Both the position numbers and the translations under genes were made by a program. The notes beneath the pieces are model-generated. The model did not search any database, had not been told where the DNA came from, and saw nothing but the letters and a program-made list of their open reading frames with translations. A stretch of DNA of 63,942 nt, counting the filler, from Thelocarpon superellum (Eukaryota), in NCBI GenBank assembly GCA_026025795.1. It is 6 parts of 6 records of this genome, joined end to end, with 100 filler letters (N's around TTAATTAATTAA, not from the genome) between each part and the next. Parts side by side here need not be neighbours in the genome. Positions count along the whole stretch, not along the records: positions 11,452 to 22,746 come from JAPEUG010000508.1; positions 22,847 to 34,086 come from JAPEUG010000509.1; 4 more parts are not named here. One strand, written 5' to 3'. Each line of letters starts with the position of its first letter. Within the stretch, counting starts at the first letter, position 1. Below are positions 12,815 to 23,344 of this stretch, in pieces.

Positions 12815-13689
12815 GGCCTGACTGATACGGCTGCCGCTGGCTTGGGATACTTCTTCTGCCGCCCCGACCGAACCTGCACTTCATTACTGATACTGATGAT
12901 GAGCATGAGCATGACCACGACCACGACCACGGGAGTTAGTAAGATAAGATAGAGATAGAGACATCATATAATACGGACACCAGTGACGCCATCGGATAGA
13001 AAGAACGAAAGAAGCACCTCTTTTGTATAAATGTAGGATTGGTGATAAATATATGTAGATTGGCGGACGGATAGATGGAGGACATCTCCCTTCCCTCCTC
13101 TTTCATTATCCCTCTCCGTCTCGCAAGATAAGTGCTTAGAAAACACTTGATGGCGGGCCTGGACAGGTTGGAGAAAGAGGTGGGGGCGAGAGGGGGAATA
13201 GATTTCGGAGACGCCAATGTCTCGCCCGGCGGACTTTCGCCTCTTTGATCTCTTCCTACCTCTCCTCCCTTCCCTTTCCCTCTCTCTCCATTCCGTGATC
13301 TCCGCTCCCGCCACCTCCGTCCTTTTCTCCCTCTCCCTTCTTTCCCCCTTGGAACCGACACAGAACAGATCAGACCAACCGAGTGGTCGACAAAACGCCC
13401 CGCAAATGGAATGAAATATATACTGTGCTGAAATCCTATCCTTGCCCTTTCCTCTCTCCGGTTCGGTGCTCCTTGCTTGGACGAGACGACGCGATGGACC
13501 GAATAGAGCTGGACGGCTGTTTCGCTTGGGTGATGACGATGACGAGGATGACGAGGAGTGACGGGAAATTCTCGATTAGTCGCTGCATGGTAGGTGGCGT
13601 CAAGTATGAGGTATGAGATATGAGATGTGAGATATGAGGTGAGGTGAGGTAGGTGAAAATATCGCCGTGACGCGAGAAGCGTTTCCCCC

Positions 13690-14533
13690 TCATGAAACCC
13701 CAGCCACCACCAAACTGACCAACAACGGCGTCAAGATCCAGAGATTGCTTGACAATGACCGTCGCGTCGACATGGCGTCTGATGATGCGGCCGTCGAGTA
13801 GACTTGGTTGAAGCCGATGTCGGACGAATTGAAGCAGTTCTGGGGTGTCACCGGCTCGACTTCTGACGGATCGGCAAAGGTGATGTCGACGCACTGCAGA
13901 GAAATTCAGGGACTCGGCTTCATAGCAAGGAGAACGTACAGGGTAGGGCTAGACTCACGTTGTACAGCGCCGCGCCGTGAATGGCCGTCTCAACCACCTG
14001 GATGGTGGCATTGTCGCCAATGTTGAAGCTAGCATTGGCGGGAAGAGGCACTTGAGGGAGGCAGAAGCTGCCCGGGTAGGGATTCTTAGACGGGCCGGTG
14101 ATCTGGAACACGGGAACCATGGGATTGCTCATGTTCAACGGTGGTGTGCCAGGTCCTTCCGTCTGGAAGCCCATGTTGATGTAGAAGAAGGCCGTGGCGT
14201 GACCCGAGAACCAGCCAGGTTGGAGGGCAATCGCTCCACCATGCACCGGCCACTTGGTTCGGTTCGTCGTCAGACCGATCCCACCACCTGCGTCATCACC
14301 CGTCAATACGGCCCGGACCCGGTGGAGGATGGAAACCCCGGGCAATCTTGTTGCGCATGTCACTTACAGGGATACATCCATTGCTGACCGTACGCAGCAT
14401 CACCCGGGGTAGCATTAAGCGTGTGTAGAGTATCGCCTCGCCATCCCGGATAGGTAATGACGGTGTGGGCGGAGATCAGAGTCCAGCTCGTCACAAACGC
14501 GGCGAAGATGGCCAGCGACCGATTCATCCTCAT
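13690..14533 (-). CDS. GPI-anchored X325/BIM1-like (LPMO-like) copper-binding protein, 3 exons
   Basis: Signal peptide followed by His1 (HTVITYPGWRG), PCGG across intron 1, NRTKWP, FCLP, NATIQVV, LYNCVDITF across intron 2, hydrophobic GPI-type C-terminus. Confidence 0.82.
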
Positions 14534-16649
14534 GATCATGATGGGTGTGCGGGTATCCGGATGGGGGAGGTGGGGGGGTGGGAGGATTAAAGCGATGGCC
14601 GTCAGCGAGACTGATGGACCTTTCAACTCGTACGGGATCTGTCGCAGCGGTCAAATCACGCCAGGTGATGGATGTTGTCGTCGGTGTCGTCGCTCTCAAC
14701 GTGAAGTCGAGGAGAGGAGAGGGGAAGGGCGGACAGCAAGGATAAGTGCAGCTTATGATTCCAGTAATCGGAGCACTTCCAAGTAATGTACTATGTGCCC
14801 AATTCCGTTGGACGCCGGCCTGCGGCCACAAGCACCCTACTCACCCTCCACTACTGCTCCCAGAGTCCGCTCGACCAGACTCCGACCCCAGCGGTCCAGG
14901 GTGGTGCACGGCGAGGTGCGTGTGCGCATGCGTGCGAGGCGTGCGGGCCGGCATGGACCAGACCCTCGGCGGCAAGCAGGCTGGCTAACCCACCGCCCCA
15001 CGTACATCGGCGTCATCCGAGCACGGTGGATGGAGCGACAAGCGAATTAGAGCGGAGCTTCACCAGACATGGGCGAATGACAGTCGATGCCGGCGAGAAA
15101 GAGTGGCAGAGCTCTAGACGAATGACAGCAGCGGGCCGGACTGGCGTGGTGCACGAGCATTACCTGATCGCCGTCCGCCGGCGCTCGCCTCGGCACCTCC
15201 GACCAGGATTGGTCCGACGTAAGCCATCGCTTGGCGCTGCCGTACCTGTAGCACCGCGTGCGCACCGCGCTCTCTCGAGGGCGCGCGAGGTCACGGCGTG
15301 CGTGGCGGTGGACCGCCCGGCAAGGCGAGCCCATCACCGCGCACGACCAGCACCCACTCCTCCGCCCGTTTGTCACCAACGGGAAACCATGTCTTCGCCC
15401 GGCGCTTCCGCGACCATGACTCGCATGCGGATTGGCGCGTTGCCCGAGCCGAGTCCATCGATCTGACAGGGTGGGGACCAGTGCGGACCAGGGTGCGTCG
15501 AGGTGGCTGGCCCATCCTCGTCGATGGTTGGTCGACTCGGGTGCTGGCGACTACGGACGTGCATGGTGCATGCCCGCTTGCCTTCCCATCCCCCGCCCTC
15601 CCCACCAATCTCAGCAGCTTATCGCAGTCTCGCACATCCTCGACCATTAGCCTTTGGTCCAATGTAAGCGCTCCACCAGACCCATCTCAAATCGTCTGGG
15701 GGGAGACGGGTGCCGGGAGCATGGACGTGCCGATTGCCTGGCACCACTCTTCAAGGCACGAACGTATGAAGGTGCCGAGTTTCCACTCCCCTTGAGCGAT
15801 TACAAAGCGAGAGGCTTCGGCCAAAGTATTCGAATTCTGGTTCGAGGCATTGAGCAATGAGCGGCCGATTCAGTCATTAGCCAGTCCAAAACTGGAGACT
15901 GCAACGAAACTGCATTCCAAAGCATCTACGTCAATAACAGTTGTGCTTGTAATCGCCCCCGTCGACGATCTACTCTATGATTGTATGATGTCGCCATGCT
16001 CCGACGGTCGCAAGTACAAGTACCAAATCCCGCCCGATCATATCGGGAACCAAGGCCTCTTGAATGCATGCCCACCGCACGTACGGAACCGGCCACAGGC
16101 ATATGGTCGTCGTTCGGTGCGATTCCAGACCCCATAGTCGTGGTGGCTTTCCCTTGCAGTATCAGCGTCGCCTGACGCGTTTGCTTGGACCACGATGCAG
16201 CCGGGTACGTCCCGGGTCCTGTGTGGAGAGAGTCTGTCATCATTGGAGCGTTCTCAAAGACAAGGAAGGATGCAAAGTGTAAGCTGCGGATGCGGATGAG
16301 TATGTTATGTGGGGTTACGGCGGTTGATACTCCGTACCCGTCGACGTTGCTAAAATCTGACACGACGTGAGGGGTGACATCAAACGAGTGAGCACCAAGC
16401 CTCAAGGAGCGACTCGTACTTTTTGTGACTGCTGACCAGAAGAAGAAAGGATAACGTTTTCACCTGCGGTCAAAGTCAGAGTAAACGGCAGGGAAGTAAC
16501 GATCAACAGATCGCCCGGTACGCATGCGTCTACCAAGAAGAAAGGAGACGCAGCATGGAATGACTCGTTATGACATCTCTCCAGCTGTAGGAGCGCGCAT
16601 GTGACCTGGTCACGTGCCCACTCCTATTACTATCCCGACTATGCGTAGA

Positions 16650-17700
16650 TTAGCAATACAGCTCTGATTCCTACATCTGGTAGCAACACAATAGATTATA
16701 TCAAGATCAAGTCCTCTAGGAAGCCTAGGATCAGAGCTCCCAACCATGAGCAACTGTACAACTGAGTTGCAACCTCATATGACAAGAAGCAGCTCTAGGC
16801 AACAGAGCACAGTTGATATCCTAGACCCTGACCTGCAAGGGCCCCCAGGGACCATGGCTGGTAAACCCATGAGTGTATGATGGACCTGGACACCTCGATT
16901 GATCACTGACAGCCTCCAGGCCCACCAAATGACCCCCAGCGAGACTCCCTAATACAGGGTCAAGCAGAGGAATGTGATGTGTTGTTGGACACAGCAAGCA
17001 CAGAATCGCAGTGTACAGCAGCAATTACCCCAGTTCGATTGATGTATCAAGCGCCAGAGCTGCAAGTGGCGGTTCCTGAGAAGTTTGATGGCAAGATGAA
17101 GGATAGTGCGACAATTCGGGAATGGCTCGAGACCATGGAGACCTACCTACACCTGACGCAGATCCTGCCTGAGGATTGTACGAGGTTTGCCTTGTCATAC
17201 CTGAAAGGCCGAGCGCGTGGCTGGTATACCTGGCAGGTGAATCAACAGGTCAAGGGACCAGGTGTTACGTGGCAGGACTTCAAAAGGCTAGCTTTTGAGC
17301 AGTTCTGTGATCACAACAGCGAGGAGAAAGCGTACGACAAGCTCTGATTCCTACACAGCGAGAATAAATCGCTCGTGCACCACATGAATGTATCATTGAA
17401 TGAGTGACCCGGCTACCAACTTTCTGTAGACAGAGGGCAGAACCCGAGAGCCTGGTGAATGAGAACGGAGCGGGGGTGGCAAAGCCCAGGATGACAATGA
17501 AGGATCCATGGAATCTCCAAGCTCGCGCCCATGTCACCGCCCAGTCCTTGGGAGCGTGAGATCCTCGCGACAGCAGTCCCAAACAGACCAGAACTGGAGG
17601 AAACTAGGGCAATGAAGGGAAGCACCGGCATGGGACTGAATTGGCCTTAATTTAAACCCAGGAGCCTTGACATCTCTAACATGGCACGGACGTTCGAGGG
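16650..17700 (+). mobile_element. Degenerate Ty3/gypsy retrotransposon gag fragment (boundaries approximate)
   Basis: PEKFDG..REWLETMETYL..FALSYLKGRARGWY..TWQDFK is a retrotransposon gag pattern; interrupted by TGA stops; no pol or LTR pair seen. Confidence 0.8.
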
Positions 17701-17968
17701 ATAGTAGCGTACGAAGAGTGTTGTGATGCACGAGTCCCATACCATACAAGCATCATCCGTCGCCCATCTAAGGCCAAGGCACAGTACGCAGAGAGGCCAT
17801 GTGAAGGAAGCCGATACTAGCGAAGACATGGACGCCGTCCTCAGCGCACGCCGCACTTTTCCGCTTCACCATGAACTCGGTCCAATAGAGCGAGGCTCCA
17901 AGCCCCAAGCCCCAGGCACCGAGCCCAGATTACTTGCCCCCGGGGCCCCGTCCAGGCGGCTAAATGAG

Positions 17969-19086
17969 ATGCCTCATACGTCGCACCGCAACAAGAAGAT
18001 TGCCCGACGGAAAGGCGTGGCATACCAGGACGAAGATGGATGGACTACCGTCGCCTCATCTCCATCCCCGAACAAGCCACCGGGGAGGATCGCGTCAGTC
18101 ATCGACGCGTCTCGCCTCACTCCCGCCGAGATCCCCACAGGCTGTACCCTAGAGACGGCACGGCGAGATTTCGAGAGACGACGGGAACGATGGAGTCAGT
18201 CGTCGTGCTGTGGCAGCTTGATGTCGGCTCTGGAGGAGCGATTGTTCCAGACAGCGGGCAACGCAGATCACGATGACGGGGAAGATGGGGAGCAGGAGAA
18301 GAGGAATCGATCGAAGATGACGGGGCCGGTGGGCAATTGCGTGTGTCTAGGCCTCGGTAGTCCCACGAGCCACACGTCGCGAGAGCGCTCGATGTATCAA
18401 TTAGCCGCCCTGGTCACGATCTTGGAGCGAGTGGGTGCGTCGCTTTGCCTTTCCCACCTGGCCTCTCTGCCATCATCCAACCATGTGGTTGCACGGTACC
18501 CCCGGAGCTATTGAAGAACGACCGAGCTGACCCGTGCGTGCCTCTTGGATCTGCAGCCCGGCCCCGGCGTGACGAGGACGCCACCACGCCGGCCACGACC
18601 TCGACCATCCAGCCTATACCAATGCCAATTCCAATCTACGCACAAGACCCGATGCTCAATGCCATCGACAAGATGCTCCTTTCCTCTCTCGGCGTCACGG
18701 TGCTCTCGCACCCGCATGCCATCGCTTGTATTGACGCCGCCTCCTTTCTGTATGCGCCGCATTGTGAGAAGTCGTGGTTCTATCCTCTTCTTTCTCGTGA
18801 GGCGCGAGGGGCAGCGTTGGTGATTTGTAATTCCCTGGATGAGGGGGCTTTGGATGGGTATGAGGATACGGATGCAGATGAGGTGGTGGGGAGGAAAGGG
18901 GATAAAGGGGAGACGGAGGGAGAAATGAGAGAAACAGGGGCAGGCTCGGATAAGCCCCCCTCCTTCCTCCATTCCCACCGCGCACGCCTCTTTCCCCCTT
19001 TCGAAGAGTGTGGAACGGCGTTTAACGATCTGTCTGTCTACACGAGTCTTGATACCCCACGCGTGGGTGAACGATTGGATGCATGA
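17969..19086 (+). CDS. SRR1-domain protein, probably one intron near 18435-18510
   Basis: DEDGWTTV, CVCLGLGSP, SMYQLAAL, IYAQDP, LGVTVL, FLYAPHCE motifs. Confidence 0.82.
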
Positions 19087-19164
19087 AAAGAAAAGGAATT
19101 GATTGATGATCCTTCGACTGATTGAATAAGGAATAACTCATTATTATGCTACACCCATCCACGA

Positions 19165-21046
19165 TCACGGAGTGACAATAGCATAAGCAGGATCAGGCGC
19201 AACCAGGAACGAGAAGAGCTTCGGTAAGAGGGCCGCATCACCCGTTTGCTCTTGATCCTTTTCTTTCTCCTTCCTCATCCACATTGCCAGGAGCTGATCC
19301 TCCGTAAGAGAGAAGCTCGCCTAAGCCGGCTCCAGGGCGGGTTGGTTCTCCGGAGCGCTATGATGGGTAAGGGCGCCGTTATTGAATGTGACACGCCAGC
19401 GACGATGGAAACCCGTCAGAGTGAGATCGGTAGAGAACGACTCATTCCAGGCACGGGGCCCGTTGATCTTACCGCCAGCAAGTCAAGGAGCTGGTCGACG
19501 GTCAGGCCGCGCAATGCGTCGTGGCTCTCAAAGCTGAAGCTGGCGAGGCTGGCGGAGCCGCGCAGTTCTTTGGCCCCGTTGCGGTAGAAGTTGCGCCATG
19601 TTCCGTTTTCGGCGCCGCGGCCGAACTGGTTGAACACAGATGCAAGGGCTTTGTTGGCCCGGCCGTTGCTGCTGCTGCTGGCGTCCGCGAAGACAGCGTG
19701 GCTGAGCAACGTCGCGGCCAAGCGGAGGTCGCCGTCGTCGGCGTACCGCTGCGCTTTGTGGATCACGGAAGTGACGTCGCCAATGCAGGACACGTAGCGC
19801 TCCGCAGCTTGCTTGGGGGGCCATTCCCATAGTTGTGCGGGGTTGCCGTCGGACCAGCCCATGTAGCACTGGTAGATGGCTTTGACATTGTGGCTGACGG
19901 AGCTGTAGTAGCCTTGGGCGTGCCATGACTTCTGCAAGGTCGGGGGCGGAGTGAATTCTTCCGCGATCTCAATGCCCGTCAGCTCGCTGTTCATCATGCG
20001 GATCGTCTGGTCATGCAAATAGGCGTACAGATCGCGCTGCTCGGACAGATACCGAATCAGGGTCGTCTGGCCCCATGTGGACCAGTGGTGCAAGGCAAAT
20101 GCCACTTCTGATTCGCACCCAAAGAGCACGATGGCCTCGTCGAGAATATCGGGCCCTTGCCCGCGCGTCCCGGACCAAGGCCCCCATAGCGTCAGTACGT
20201 TGTGCATGCTGTGCGTTGCGTTCTCGGCCACGCAGAGCGCACGGTGGGCGGGGAAGTGGAAGGTCATCTCCGCTGGCGCCTCAGTGCCGGGTGTGAGCTG
20301 GAAAACGCTTCGGACGCCATCCACGACCTCTTCTTGGCCTGTTTGGGTGATGGTCAAGGTCGGTGGCACGAGTGTGCTTGTCCCAGTCGACGCGCACATG
20401 CCCAGTCCGGCGCCAATCTGACCGTCAGGACCCTTGAGGAGCTGGCCGCCGTACATGTACATCGCACGCCAGGTCATCGCGTTCCCTGCGTACACACTCT
20501 CGGCGATGGCGTGCTCGAGAACGCCCTCGGGTGCGATGATGGGGATGGTCTTGTCGATCGTGGGCATTACGCCTCGGACACCTCCAAAATGGTCGCCGTG
20601 TGAGTGTGTGTAGATGATTCCGGTTACCAGGCCATCTCCTCGGTGCTCCCTATCGAGGTTGAACGCGGCCCGGTCACATTCCTCCGAAATCAAGGGGTCA
20701 ATCACGATGACGCCCTTCTCGCCTTCCACCAGAGTCACGTTGGAGATGTCTAGCCCGTGGACCTGGTAGTTCCCTCCGTGACCTTTGAAGCCCCTGTCGT
20801 GAGACCAGCTGAGCTTGGCGCCACAGCTTTGGGTCGGCGGTCGGAGGGCACTTTGCGTCTTGGACGAAGTCGTACGCGTCATTGTTCTGAACAATATGTC
20901 CATCCGAGTTCTTGACGATGCATGGCTTCAAGGCGGCAATGAAACCTCAATCGGAATCGTCAAATTCCTGCGTGTCTTTGAGGGAGGGTGAAAAGACTTC
21001 GGTGATGCCACTGTGCTGGCTTGGGGTTTTCTGTGACCCCGCCCAT
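19165..21046 (-). pseudogene. Alkyl/aryl sulfatase (SdsA1/BDS1-like metallo-beta-lactamase fold) pseudogene
   Basis: LWRQAQL, YTHSHGDHFGG, TPGTEAPAEM, AENATHSMHN, QRDLYAYLHDQT, WRNFY, terminal AIVTP-stop; in-frame TGA at 20947-20949 and several frameshifts; no introns seen. Confidence 0.88.
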
Positions 21047-22193
21047 CGTGACAGGAAGGATCGGACTTTGCCGTAAAATAAGTCTGCAACACGTACTGGG
21101 AAAGAATCCACGGCGAAACTTGGCGACGGCACACTTACAGGAACGTTTTGGAGTTGACGAATGCCGTACCAAAGAAGGATATATAAATGCCACGCCCGAG
21201 GCGGTGCACTTGTCCCACAGACATCGTCAAGCTAGCGATCTTGACTGAGTGCTGATAGACTTTGGTCCCTCGTATCATCCGAATGTAGATGATCGCAGTC
21301 CGAGAACGGACTTGTGGAGACAACGGGGACTCGTTCGCGGCTGAGCTTCTCACCTCCGTCGATAATCACACAACGGGTGGATGAAGGATAGAGAGATCCG
21401 TCTCAGGCCCCCGAGCTCCAGTTACTAAGCCGCCTGTCTCGGTAAGTAGCGCCGGGAGGGGATAGAGGCAGAGACGGCGCCCGTCGGCTGTAAGTAGCGG
21501 GCCAATGACAACAACATCGAGCTCCAAGCCAAGACAAGTGGAAGTCATGATGGGGAGGAGGAGCATGATTATCGCAGCGACCTCCTCAACACCATGATAT
21601 GAAGACCCCATCTGGCACCTGAGACCTCTGCTCAACGCCTACGTTCTCTCGCTATTAAGGAGTCCACTTGTTCTTCCGCATTGACTTCGTCGCCCGCAAT
21701 AAGTCGACGACTCCACACGGCTGTCGAAGCCCTCAGCGGCTCCATGCTCCGTTCTTCGGGTGTGGCCTGCTGCTGCGTCATTTGTTTCTGCGCCAATTAG
21801 CTCCACCACCCAGTGTGGTTCCAGATCCAGGGGCCGGTACGTATCTGACGAGAGCTTGGGCCAGTTGCTGGGCGCCAGCTGCCAGCTGATCGATTGATCC
21901 TTCCCAGAGAGTCGCAGGGGAAGATGCACTCGCATCGCTCGTACGTATCTCGGGCTACAGCGCCTGCTGCGTCGTGCGTCTTAAATGTCGCTGTGGCTGG
22001 GAATGCCAAGCTATCCGCTCTGACCTCTGATCTGTCCAAGTAGAGAGGTAAAGCCAGTATCTTGGAGTGACCCCTCTTTAACCAGTCATCCCCAGACAGT
22101 TGCACGAACAATTGATTACCAGCCTCGTTCTTCATCGAATATCCTTCTGCGTCGATATCAAGAAGCTGTTCAAGACGCAGCCACGGCGAAGCA

Positions 22194-22746
22194 ATGGCGA
22201 CTCTCCTCATCTGCGCCCTGATCCGATGCTGCCGCGGGAAGAAACACGAGGACGACGACGAAAACGATCGACCTCCGCGACCGACGAGCTCCAACAGCAG
22301 CAACAGCAGCCATCGTCCGCAGCAGCAACAGCAGTACCACCACCACCACAATGGCAACGGACATCACCAGCATGGCAATACCAATGGGCATAACCATCAC
22401 CACTCGCCGTCGCACGGGCGGTACAATAACAGCCCCGAGACCCAGCAACTCACGGGCCCGCAGCAGCAACAGCTCACTGCGTATAACAACAACAACAATC
22501 TAGGACAACCAAATAGTTCCAACAGCCAATCCCTCCCGCCGCCCAGTGGCTACTATGTTCAAGGACGGCCGAATAGCTATACCAATCAGTCTCCACCACC
22601 ACCCAATGGCTACAACAGCCGACCACCACCGCCACAGAATGGATACAATCAGCCATCGTACTCACCGAACCCGAATCAGCCCTACGACCCTGCTCAGTAT
22701 CCACCTCCGCTACCCCAGCAATCGCAGGTGCCGGGACAGTACTGGG
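22194..22746 (+). CDS. Low-complexity Q/N/H/P/Y-rich protein, 3'-truncated by contig end
   Basis: ATG in good context (GCAATGG), open to the gap; no recognisable domain. Confidence 0.6.
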
Positions 22747-22846
22747 NNNNNNNNNNNNNNNNNNNNNNNNNNNNNNNNNNNNNNNNNNNNTTAATTAATT
22801 AANNNNNNNNNNNNNNNNNNNNNNNNNNNNNNNNNNNNNNNNNNNN
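22747..22846. other. Artificial contig linker
   Basis: N-run with TTAATTAATTAA. Confidence 0.99.
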
Positions 22847-22891
22847 GAGAAGGGAAGAGAAGAAGGTCAGAAAGGAATACCGACAGTCAAG

Positions 22892-22924
22892 AAGAACTGA
22901 ATTGAACCGAACTGAACTGAATTG
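22892..22924. repeat. Imperfect GAACT pentanucleotide microsatellite
   Basis: gaactgaattgaaccgaactgaactgaattg. Confidence 0.7.
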
Positions 22925-23228
22925 CACCAGACCAAATCAGCCTTGACAGAAGAAAAAGGGAGGGAAGAGGGAAGAGAGAAGGAAACGTAGAGGATGTATA
23001 AGTGCGTGCGTGCGCGCGCACAGTGCGCGCACAAGGGGGTAAGGGCATGCGCGAGTAAGTGAGCGAGGAATCAAGCACTCAACTATCAAATATCGATGTC
23101 GAGGAGGAAACAGAACAAACCAACCGCACCCTGAGAGCCGAGGGCCGACAGCTGAAAGTGACGCATCAAAAAAAGAACGCGAACACAAAAAAGGCAACAG
23201 GAGAAAAAGGAATCCCGCACTTATGGAC

Positions 23229-23267
23229 AGAGAGAGAAAGAAAGAGAGAGAGAGAGAGAAAGAGAAG
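23229..23267. repeat. Imperfect (GA)n microsatellite downstream of LRG1
   Basis: agagagagaaagaaagagagagagagagagaaagagaag. Confidence 0.8.
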
Positions 23268-23344
23268 GTATTTCGTGTTCGTCTCCACGCTCGTCCTCAT
23301 TCTCGTTCACATTCGCGTCCTTTCCTTCGTCTGCACGAGTCTCT

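Noticed and set aside
20947..20949. In-frame TGA as possible selenocysteine or readthrough
   Set aside because: Position corresponds to Arg in the family and the gene also has frameshifts
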